IMG/VR virus record: IMGVR_UViG_3300042348_000780
Origin: a virus
Strand: one strand, 5' to 3'
Length of the DNA: 64,000 nucleotides
Both the position numbers and the translations under genes were made by a program. Below, one piece after another: positions 1 through 6,257 of this stretch (the first letter of the stretch is position 1; the number at the start of each line of letters is the position of its first letter). The notes beneath the pieces are model-generated. The model had not been told where the DNA came from and made no database searches. It saw only the letters and a program-made list of their open reading frames with translations.

Positions 1-69
1 CACAAGTTATCCACAATGGTAATACTATCAACATGGCTAGGGCTTCGCCCTTATAGCCATGTTGATAGT
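1..69. repeat. Repeat unit 1 (truncated by window edge)
   Basis: TTATCCACA 7-15; ACTATCAACATGGCTA-GGGC-TTC-GCCC-TTA-TAGCCATGTTGATAGT 24-69. Confidence 0.95.
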
Positions 70-79
70 TGCAAAGACA

Positions 80-101
80 CCAGACCCCTTTCGGGGTCTG
101 G
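80..101 (-). terminator. Terminator-like hairpin after ORF 123-650
   Basis: Minus strand CCAGACCCC-GAAA-GGGGTCTGG then TGTCTTT (weak U-tract). Confidence 0.6.
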
Positions 102-122
102 CATCCTGCCCAATTTCATTCT

Positions 123-650
123 TTACTGTGATCGTCCACGGACGACGATCCAGATAAGAGCCTGCATTGCCGCAGGTTCCCAACCGTGCATCCGCGCAAC
201 TTCGCGCACGGATTCCGCGAGTTGCAGATATTGCGTCTTATTGACAATCTTCGATGGATGCTGAGCCGCTTTCAGCATCCACGTATCAATCACTACGGCT
301 TCCCCGTCGCCTGAAATTGCACGGGCGAAGTTATTCGTCTTCAAGCCGCGCAATGCACGGAAGCCTTCAGACCTTGCGGCTTCCGCGTTACGAATGGATG
401 TCCGAAGACACTTGACACTTTCGCCTGACACGAACGAACGTGCCAGTTGTACATTGCGGCTCCACGTCACACGTGGAGAGAATGCGGAAATCACACTTGC
501 GGCCTGCTCATATGAGAGCGAATTGTCGAGAAGTTTGAGTTTCGCGCATTCGGTATGAGCCAACTCATACCAACGACAGGCTTCCAGTTGCTGTCCGAGG
601 TTCGATGAAGATGCGAGATTGTGAAAGAGAGTTGTGGGGGAAGTAGCCAT
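123..650 (-). CDS. Phage protein, possibly HhH-GPD DNA glycosylase-like fold
   Basis: 175 aa with WY..AH, SAFSP..W..N, G.KT..F, VVIDTWM and MQALIW motifs; own promoter directly upstream. Confidence 0.6.
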   Translation of the reverse strand: MATSPTTLFHNLASSSNLGQQLEACRWYELAHTECAKLKLLDNSLSYEQAASVISAFSPRVTWSRNVQLARSFVSGESVKCLRTSIRNAEAARSEGFRALRGLKTNNFARAISGDGEAVVIDTWMLKAAQHPSKIVNKTQYLQLAESVREVARMHGWEPAAMQALIWIVVRGRSQ

Positions 651-656
651 ACGGGG

Positions 657-685
657 AATATATCAGAATCCGAAGCGGCTTGCAA
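657..685 (-). promoter_or_regulatory. sigma70-type promoter, leaderless
   Basis: TTGCAA-17-TATATT-6 nt-ATG(650). Confidence 0.75.
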
Positions 686-706
686 GTTGGTCGAAAGAAT
701 GGAGAG

Positions 707-780
707 TTATCCACAAGTTATCCACAATGGTAATACTATCAACATTTATAGGGCTTCGCCCTTATATAAATGTTGATAGT
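707..780. repeat. Repeat unit 2
   Basis: TTATCCACA at 707 and 718; ACTATCAACATTTATA-GGGC-TTC-GCCC-TTA-TATAAATGTTGATAGT 735-780. Confidence 0.95.
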
Positions 781-791
781 TACGCAAAGGT

Positions 792-817
792 CCACCCACG
801 GCTCCTACCGTGGGTGG
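792..817 (-). terminator. Terminator-like hairpin
   Basis: CCACCCACGG/CCGTGGGTGG 10-bp stem just past the stop at 843. Confidence 0.55.
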
Positions 818-842
818 TGTTTGGTTTTTGTTTGGAGTTTGT

Positions 843-1190
843 TTACCTACGTCGCGGTTCGATCATGGTGAGTCGGCACTCACCGTTCATATCTTTCCAG
901 CATCGGAAACGATGCGGGAAGCGATTGTTGAGCATTGGATCGGAGATCCACAATCGGCATCCGTCCCATTGAGGATTGGAACGGAACATACGCAGAGCCA
1001 ATACTGCGGGACTCTCATTCGAGAGAACTTTCAGCGTATTCACACATTCACCGAACGGTGAGCCGTCAAGAATGGCGATGGTATATTCGTCATTCTTGCC
1101 GTTCATATTGAGCGAGATACCGAACATACGAGAGAAGAGGTTGCGGACGGAGGATGCCTTGCGGCCCGATTGAATGGTGGAAGTGACCAT
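843..1190 (-). CDS. Hypothetical cassette protein (115 aa; start re-called to ATG 1190)
   Basis: The track start at 1229 lies upstream of the promoter; ATG 1190 is 6 nt after the -10 box. Confidence 0.7.
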   Translation of the reverse strand: MVTSTIQSGRKASSVRNLFSRMFGISLNMNGKNDEYTIAILDGSPFGECVNTLKVLSNESPAVLALRMFRSNPQWDGCRLWISDPMLNNRFPHRFRCWKDMNGECRLTMIEPRRR

Positions 1191-1196
1191 GCAGAC

Positions 1197-1224
1197 AGTA
1201 TAGCGTCCGTCCCGAAGAATGCAA
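1197..1224 (-). promoter_or_regulatory. sigma70-type promoter, leaderless
   Basis: TTGCAT-16-TATACT-6 nt-ATG(1190). Confidence 0.7.
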
Positions 1225-1239
1225 GCCACTTTCCAAGAT

Positions 1240-1309
1240 TCTGGATAGATTGTGGATAAGTCAAACTATCAACATTGGGGGCCAAAGGCCCAATACCAAT
1301 GTTGATAGT
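1240..1309. repeat. Repeat unit 3 (DnaA boxes in reverse orientation)
   Basis: TCTGGATAG 1240 and TGTGGATAA 1251; ACTATCAACATTGG-GGGCC-AAA-GGCCC-AATA-CCAATGTTGATAGT 1265-1309. Confidence 0.9.
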
Positions 1310-1321
1310 ATTTCAAAGAAT

Positions 1322-1350
1322 AACCAGAGAGTCACATAGACTCTCTGGTT
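1322..1350 (-). terminator. Terminator-like hairpin
   Basis: AACCAGAGAGTC/GACTCTCTGGTT 12-bp stem followed by ATTCTTT on the minus strand. Confidence 0.65.
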
Positions 1351-1372
1351 GATTGTCACGTTGTGAGAGACT

Positions 1373-1573
1373 TCAGAAGTCTCTCAACCGTCTTGCGAGT
1401 TCCTTCTCCTCCTCTGTCATTCGGGAGAAGTCCAATACCCAATGACCCCTCGAATTGAGGCAAGTTGGTAACAACAACTTGAACTCTGCCGCCAATTCGG
1501 GACGGCTCGTCTTGCGACAATTTCGGTCGGTAACTGCGGACGGGGGAAGTACGTTGTTGGAGTTGGTATCCAT
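1373..1573 (-). CDS. Hypothetical cassette protein (66 aa, MDTNSNNV...; start re-called)
   Basis: ATG 1573 lies 6 nt after TATAGT; the longer track ORF would run through the repeat element. Confidence 0.65.
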   Translation of the reverse strand: MDTNSNNVLPPSAVTDRNCRKTSRPELAAEFKLLLPTCLNSRGHWVLDFSRMTEEEKELARRLRDF

Positions 1574-1579
1574 GCCGTA

Positions 1580-1607
1580 ACTATAGCGACTGTCCTGAAG
1601 AGTGCAA
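1580..1607 (-). promoter_or_regulatory. sigma70-type promoter, leaderless
   Basis: TTGCAC-16-TATAGT-6 nt-ATG(1573). Confidence 0.7.
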
Positions 1608-1632
1608 GAGGGTAGGGAGAATCTAGCGAGAT

Positions 1633-1703
1633 TGTGGGTACATTGTGGATATCTCAAACTATCAACAACGGTTAACGGGCAAAGCCCTACCGTTGTTGAT
1701 AGT
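1633..1703. repeat. Repeat unit 4 (DnaA-like boxes reversed, bulge on left arm)
   Basis: TGTGGGTAC 1633, TGTGGATAT 1644; ACTATCAACAACGGT-TAAC-GGGC-AAA-GCCC-T-ACCGTTGTTGATAGT 1658-1703. Confidence 0.9.
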
Positions 1704-1716
1704 ATTTGAAAGCTTT

Positions 1717-1732
1717 GGGAGCCGAAGCTCCC
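1717..1732 (-). terminator. Terminator-like cUUCGg hairpin
   Basis: Minus strand GGGAGC-TTCG-GCTCCC just after the stop at 1743. Confidence 0.6.
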
Positions 1733-1742
1733 TATGTTTGTG

Positions 1743-2024
1743 TTATTTACATATTTGTTTCGCGTGAATAAACAACTCGTCCAATTGATTCTGCAACTGG
1801 TCGAGTTGTGGCCAACGAAGTGCAACTCTGTCGCGGGAAATTTCCCGACGAACCATAGGGTATACTTTCACCAATGCAATAAACAAACTTCGCTTACATT
1901 CAAGCGAAGTTTCGGCAAAGATGTCCTTCATGAGAATGATGCAAACTCTTGACATATCAAGAGTTTGTTCGGGATCCATTGACTCAATACGTGACGAGAG
2001 AGATGAGAGAGTGGAGTTGTGCAT
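1743..2024 (-). CDS. Hypothetical cassette protein (93 aa)
   Basis: ORF fills the interval between promoter and terminator. Confidence 0.75.
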   Translation of the reverse strand: MHNSTLSSLSSRIESMDPEQTLDMSRVCIILMKDIFAETSLECKRSLFIALVKVYPMVRREISRDRVALRWPQLDQLQNQLDELFIHAKQICK

Positions 2025-2030
2025 GATATG

Positions 2031-2059
2031 ACTCTACCCGATTGTCTTCAGACTGTCAA
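2031..2059 (-). promoter_or_regulatory. sigma70-type promoter, leaderless
   Basis: TTGACA-17-TAGAGT-6 nt-ATG(2024). Confidence 0.75.
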
Positions 2060-2070
2060 GCGACCTAGAG

Positions 2071-2143
2071 TTATCCACAGGGTATCCACAAGGCCAAACT
2101 ATCAACAGGGCTAGGGCTTCGCCCTTATAGCCCTGTTGATAGT
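2071..2143. repeat. Repeat unit 5
   Basis: TTATCCACA 2071, GTATCCACA 2082; ACTATCAACAGGGCTA-GGGC-TTC-GCCC-TTA-TAGCCCTGTTGATAGT 2098-2143. Confidence 0.95.
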
Positions 2144-2176
2144 ATTTGAAAGCCCCGTCGCATGGGGCAGAATTGT

Positions 2177-2500
2177 TTATTTTTCTCCAAGACACATCTT
2201 GTGATATTGTACAAGATATTGTTTGAATGATTCAGAGAATGATTCTGAATTGTTAATCGGGATACACAATCCCAATTGTTTGATAATTCTGTCCATTCGT
2301 GAGATATAGGGTTCAATTTCCTTGAATCCACCATTGTCGATACAATGTTTGGACGTATTGACACAATCAATCAATGCGGCTAACAGATCAATTGTGCGAT
2401 CGTGAGATGATTCTAACAACGAAACTGAATCCAAAGCAGATGACCACATTGTTTGGTTGGCCGTTCGAATTTCGGTGATGCGAGTCTGGAAGTCAATCAT
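2177..2500 (-). CDS. Hypothetical cassette protein (107 aa)
   Basis: ORF with GAAAGG SD-like motif; hairpin 2152-2168 after the stop. Confidence 0.75.
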   Translation of the reverse strand: MIDFQTRITEIRTANQTMWSSALDSVSLLESSHDRTIDLLAALIDCVNTSKHCIDNGGFKEIEPYISRMDRIIKQLGLCIPINNSESFSESFKQYLVQYHKMCLGEK

Positions 2501-2553
2501 TGTTAGCCTTTCGTTAGGGTATCTGTCTCGGTGCGAAGATGCCCGATTCTAGT

Positions 2554-2582
2554 ACCCTACCCGATTCTCTTGAGGGTGTCAA
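2554..2582 (-). promoter_or_regulatory. sigma70-type promoter
   Basis: TTGACA-17-TAGGGT, same layout at 3096-3124 and 3470-3498. Confidence 0.6.
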
Positions 2583-2593
2583 GCGACCTAGAG

Positions 2594-2666
2594 TTATCCA
2601 CAGGATATCCACAAGGCCAAACTATCAACATTGCTAGGCCAAAGGCCGTATAGCAATGTTGATAGT
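2594..2666. repeat. Repeat unit 6
   Basis: TTATCCACA 2594, ATATCCACA 2605; ACTATCAACATTGCTA-GGCC-AAA-GGCC-GTA-TAGCAATGTTGATAGT 2621-2666. Confidence 0.95.
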
Positions 2667-2702
2667 ATTTGAAAGCCCCGTCGCATGGGGCAAGGTTCTT
2701 GC

Positions 2703-3023
2703 TTATTCTTCGAGGTCGAAATAATCCATACCAGAGTCAGTATGTCGAACCTTATACCATTCAAGGCCCTTCGAATATTGACGAATTTGATCTACCGTCA
2801 ATTCGACACCGCGCAATTCGCGCGGAATATCCAACTCCAATGTAGCAACGGCATTCGCGTAGGCGGCAACGTGCAGAGGCACGTTGCCGATAATATTGCG
2901 ACTACGCGCATCCTCTTTCGAGATATGCTCGACTACCGTTCCCGTGATTCCGTATCTTTCCCGAAGATACGTAACAAGGGCGGCATGTCGAGTCACAATG
3001 AGAGTTTCGATGTAGTAGGACAT
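2703..3023 (-). CDS. Csx16 (Cas_VVA1548)-like protein, candidate cOA ring nuclease / anti-CRISPR
   Basis: VTRH near the N-terminus, IIGNVPLHVAA and LDIPRELRGVELT match the Csx16 pattern (vTRH...vIGtLPvhlAA...ldlp.elRG.EL). Confidence 0.75.
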   Translation of the reverse strand: MSYYIETLIVTRHAALVTYLRERYGITGTVVEHISKEDARSRNIIGNVPLHVAAYANAVATLELDIPRELRGVELTVDQIRQYSKGLEWYKVRHTDSGMDYFDLEE

Positions 3024-3095
3024 TTGTTAGCCTTCCGTTAGGATCTGTCGTGGGCCGAATTGCCCGTGCATCGGACGAAGTTGCCCGATTCTAGT

Positions 3096-3124
3096 ACCCT
3101 ACCCGATTGTCTTCAGACTGTCAA
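3096..3124 (-). promoter_or_regulatory. sigma70-type promoter
   Basis: TTGACA-17-TAGGGT. Confidence 0.6.
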
Positions 3125-3135
3125 GCGACCTAGAG

Positions 3136-3207
3136 TTATCCACAAGGTATCCACAAGGCCAAACTATCAACATTGGGGGCCAAAGGCCCAATACCAATGT
3201 TGATAGT
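3136..3207. repeat. Repeat unit 7
   Basis: TTATCCACA 3136, GTATCCACA 3147; palindrome 3163-3207 identical to that of unit 3. Confidence 0.95.
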
Positions 3208-3220
3208 ATTTGAAAGGCTT

Positions 3221-3238
3221 GGGAGGCCGAAGCCTCCC
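3221..3238 (-). terminator. Terminator-like cUUCGg hairpin
   Basis: Minus strand GGGAGGC-TTCG-GCCTCCC. Confidence 0.6.
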
Positions 3239-3245
3239 GTGAAGT

Positions 3246-3395
3246 TTAAGTGTATCCATCCATCGATCTAGTGATGCTCTCAATATTAGCAGCATCTTCA
3301 TCGATTTGTCTGGCAATTTCCTCTTCACAATCTTCATATGGGTCGAAGTCATCGCCCCACTCGTCGTCCGTCTCTGAACGTTTCTTCGGTTTCAT
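3246..3395 (-). CDS. Small acidic protein (49 aa), not in ORF track
   Basis: Manual translation MKPKKRSETDDEWGDDFDPYEDCEEEIARQIDEDAANIESITRSMDGYT*; GAAAGG upstream; stop falls just before the terminator hairpin. Confidence 0.7.
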   Translation of the reverse strand: MKPKKRSETDDEWGDDFDPYEDCEEEIARQIDEDAANIESITRSMDGYT

Positions 3396-3469
3396 GGTAG
3401 CCTAGCCTTTCGTTCGGTCTGAAGTGGGCCGAATTGCCCTTGCATCGGACGGAGTTACCCGATTCTAGT

Positions 3470-3498
3470 ACCCTACCCGATTCTATTGAGAGTGTCAA
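3470..3498 (-). promoter_or_regulatory. sigma70-type promoter
   Basis: TTGACA-17-TAGGGT. Confidence 0.6.
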
Positions 3499-3509
3499 GC
3501 GACCTAGAG

Positions 3510-3544
3510 TTATCCACAGGATATCCACATCGTACTATCAACAT
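3510..3544. repeat. Repeat unit 8 (terminal half-site)
   Basis: TTATCCACA 3510, ATATCCACA 3521, ACTATCAACAT 3534-3544 with no complementary arm. Confidence 0.9.
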
Positions 3545-3793
3545 CCAGCCTCGTTATATGGTCACGTTTCTAAACCACGTCACAGGACAGTGAAATTGAC
3601 AAAAGGGAACCCATCCCCTTTAGCCGCTTGCGAGTCCCAAAACCCTAACACACCCAAAATTCCTATTAAATTATAATGGGACTCCCAGACCTCAAAAATT
3701 TTTTCTGGGAAAAAAATGCTCTATTAGCGTTTTCTAAATATATTAAATGAAGCATTTAGCCTGATCTCCTACATTATAGAAAGGAAAATAAAT

Positions 3794-4159
3794 ATGACAC
3801 TCAAAGAATACTATAAGAATAGACTACAAGAAGCTGTTTTGTCGAATAAATTACGCCGAACTTTAGGCGCAGTCGGCCTAGCGTCTAGCCTTTTCGCTGG
3901 AGGAGGCGCAGCGGTCGGTGTGGCAGCTCCGTATATAAGAGATGCAAAAACTACTTTTCATAAAGCAATAGGAAATCCTGTTGGTGGAGAAGAAGTTAGT
4001 CGGGCAAGGGCAGAAGCCGCTAATAAGGTGGGTCTTGTTGGATCAACCGTTCCCGCTGGTAAAAGAGCCTTATATGGAGCAGGACTAGGTGTTGGACTTC
4101 TTGGTGCTGGTATGGCTGCTGAAGTCTTAAAAGGAAGAATAAAGGGAAGAAGAAAATAA
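3794..4159 (+). CDS. Putative internal virion protein with two Gly-rich hydrophobic segments
   Basis: MTLKEYYKNRLQE N-terminus; AGGA SD. Confidence 0.6.
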   Translation: MTLKEYYKNRLQEAVLSNKLRRTLGAVGLASSLFAGGGAAVGVAAPYIRDAKTTFHKAIGNPVGGEEVSRARAEAANKVGLVGSTVPAGKRALYGAGLGVGLLGAGMAAEVLKGRIKGRRK

Positions 4160-4168
4160 AAAGGCTCT

Positions 4169-4654
4169 ATGAAATCATTTAAGCATTATTTAATTGAAGT
4201 ATTAACTTTTAAAAATAATTCATCCTGGGCATATCATCCAGATACAGGTTTTGCTCATGAAAAAAGTGGAGCAAGAGAACATTTTGATGTTTTTCCTCAT
4301 CTAGAATTTATGGATCGAGGAAAGGAAGCAGACGAAAAACGTAGAATACCTCAACGTAAAAGAATTCCAGCACAATCTTGGGGAAGAGTAGATCACGATA
4401 ATCGTATTGTACATATAATTACTCAGAATGGTCAAATGGTTCCATCAAGTAGACTTACTGGAAAAAGACTTGAAGATGATGTATTTAATAGAATTACCGC
4501 AGTAAAACATATTCGACAACATTTTCCTGACTATAGAATTCATGTTAGTGGTCATCAACAACCTGGATATGGCGACAAAGTAACCACGGATATCACAACT
4601 CATAATTATGATGAACATCTAAAACATTTAACTGGTCTTTTGGCTGATAAATAA
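4169..4654 (+). CDS. Putative capsid-targeted internal protein
   Basis: N-terminus MKSFKHYLIE. Confidence 0.65.
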   Translation: MKSFKHYLIEVLTFKNNSSWAYHPDTGFAHEKSGAREHFDVFPHLEFMDRGKEADEKRRIPQRKRIPAQSWGRVDHDNRIVHIITQNGQMVPSSRLTGKRLEDDVFNRITAVKHIRQHFPDYRIHVSGHQQPGYGDKVTTDITTHNYDEHLKHLTGLLADK

Positions 4655-4659
4655 AATAC

Positions 4660-5214
4660 ATGAAATCCTTTAAGCAATATCTCTCAGAAGCAGGAAAGCT
4701 CTATAGGTTTGATGATAAAATACTCATCCCGAAAGCCCAGACTTATGCATTTTCTCCAGATGGTACAGGTTCTGGTAATGTAGAAAATAATGTTGGATGG
4801 GTTCCCCCAAAAGACTGGAAAGAAAAAAAAGGATTGTTTGCTGGTCAATATCACCATGTTCTTTCGTATGCTGTTCCTAGATCTACCAGGTGGCTCGTAA
4901 CGGGTAAGAGAACAAAAGAAGAGAAACCAACTATACATTTCACAGAAGATGACAGAGAGGCAATAAACGCCCATAGACCAACAATCTCTCAATATAATGT
5001 AAGACAAGGGTTTGAAAGATCTCAGGCTAATAGCGGTGAATATTTTGCTCAGGCTGATAAGGCTCCTTCTCCCATCTCACAAAAAACAATAGAAGATCCA
5101 ATAGAACATATTAAAAAACATTTTAATGTTAACTTTGTTCCAGATCTTGATCGTCATAAAAGAGATTTAGATGCACGGGGAATCAATTATAATGCAGAAG
5201 GAGATTTTAATTGA
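4660..5214 (+). CDS. Putative capsid-targeted internal protein
   Basis: N-terminus MKSFKQYLSE; GATAAATA late-promoter-like motif 6 nt before ATG. Confidence 0.65.
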   Translation: MKSFKQYLSEAGKLYRFDDKILIPKAQTYAFSPDGTGSGNVENNVGWVPPKDWKEKKGLFAGQYHHVLSYAVPRSTRWLVTGKRTKEEKPTIHFTEDDREAINAHRPTISQYNVRQGFERSQANSGEYFAQADKAPSPISQKTIEDPIEHIKKHFNVNFVPDLDRHKRDLDARGINYNAEGDFN

Positions 5215-5678
5215 AATCCTTTAAGCAATATCTCTCAGAAGCCAGACCAACAGGCCAAAAAAGATATCAAAGAGACATTTCTAAATTAGAAACTCGACTT
5301 GATAAAATGTATGCTGCTGGTGGTTCTCAGAAAAAAATAGACAGGGCCGAGATGAGACTTGCCAGGAAAACGAATGAAGGTGAATTTGACATTGATGATC
5401 AAAGACTTCCAAAACTAAAATCTACAGAATATCACCTTGAAGTCGAGGAACATCCAATGGCCATGTCTCTTGATGAATTAATGAGAGAAAAAGCCAAGAA
5501 AATTCATACTCATAATTATACACATGGCATGGTGGGTGCAGAGATTCGTTCAGGAATAACTGACTTAACATACAATCCTGGTCTGAAGGCAGATGTTACT
5601 GATGAGCAACTTGGACAAGAGGCTCATAGAATGTTCATGGCTCATGAGAATATGAAATCAAGAATTAAAAAGAAATAA
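5211..5678 (+). CDS. Putative capsid-targeted internal protein
   Basis: TTG start, MKSFKQYLSE; 31 nt identical to the start of the preceding gene. Confidence 0.65.
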   Translation: MKSFKQYLSEARPTGQKRYQRDISKLETRLDKMYAAGGSQKKIDRAEMRLARKTNEGEFDIDDQRLPKLKSTEYHLEVEEHPMAMSLDELMREKAKKIHTHNYTHGMVGAEIRSGITDLTYNPGLKADVTDEQLGQEAHRMFMAHENMKSRIKKK

Positions 5679-5698
5679 ATAATAATAAAGGATATTAT

Positions 5699-6235
5699 AT
5701 GGATTGCAATAAATCAAAAATGAAAAAGAAGAAGTACATGAAAGAAAATGAAGAGTTTATGGCTTTAAAAGATTATTATAAAAATATTTTATCAGAAGCC
5801 ACAAGAGCAATAGCTCAAAGAACCGACTTGATTGATTTTAATCCAAGAGATGTTCATGGTAATAAAAGAAATCCAATAGATTATCCATTTAAAAAAACAG
5901 GAGAAAGTAGAGGAATTTTAGGTTTTGTACAAGGTAAGCCAGCTCCACGATTCGTAAATCCAAAAGATACTGCAAGATCTAGACCTCCTAGAACTAAACC
6001 ATCAGTAGATAAAAAGGGAAGAGATAAAAGACTTAAATATAAAATTGCAACTCTTAGACCTAGAATGAATTATGATCCAGAAACAGGTCTTAATTTTGCT
6101 GCTGATGCACTAGAGCGTAGAGGTTTTGAAGTTCCACCAATAGATCCTAAAAATTTGCCGCCTTTTCATGAAATTGAACAAGCATACGATATACAACATT
6201 TCAATCGCGCAAGGGGAAATAAATACTTTAAATAA
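5699..6235 (+). CDS. Basic hypothetical protein, possible internal protein
   Basis: Internal MALKDYYKNILSE resembles the N-terminus of 3794-4159. Confidence 0.55.
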   Translation: MDCNKSKMKKKKYMKENEEFMALKDYYKNILSEATRAIAQRTDLIDFNPRDVHGNKRNPIDYPFKKTGESRGILGFVQGKPAPRFVNPKDTARSRPPRTKPSVDKKGRDKRLKYKIATLRPRMNYDPETGLNFAADALERRGFEVPPIDPKNLPPFHEIEQAYDIQHFNRARGNKYFK

Positions 6236-6257
6236 GTATTTTTAAACAAATAAAAAG

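Larger units (their letters stand above)
1..3544. repeat. Array of 8 dispersed repeat units (2 DnaA boxes + bulged inverted repeat) separating single-gene cassettes
   Basis: ACTATCAACA left arms start at 24, 735, 1265, 1658, 2098, 2621, 3163, 3534. Matching TGTTGATAGT right arms end at 69, 780, 1309, 1703, 2143, 2666, 3207. The last copy has no right arm. Confidence 0.95.

Noticed and set aside
24-3207. IS or MITE terminal inverted repeats, or canonical attC sites
   Set aside because: No transposase or target-site duplications are seen, and the arms lack the RYYYAAC/GTTRRRY attC core. The integron comparison is an analogy only.
1-3544. CRISPR array interpretation of the repeats
   Set aside because: The intervals are hundreds of bp, vary in length and contain complete genes with promoters. 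The repeat interiors vary, and there is no cas operon.
1-3544. Bacterial oriC or host chromosomal contamination
   Set aside because: No dnaA, dnaN or other housekeeping genes. The DnaA boxes sit within phage-like cassettes contiguous with phage genes. A chimeric assembly cannot be fully excluded without reads.
16-3676. Plus-strand and alternative ORFs (16-264, 634-972, 810-1061, 976-1173, 1734-1952, 2685-3041, 3434-3676, 3167-3352, 2125-2370)
   Set aside because: They overlap better-supported minus-strand cassette genes or run through repeat elements. Shared peptides such as MVILST are just translations of the repeat.
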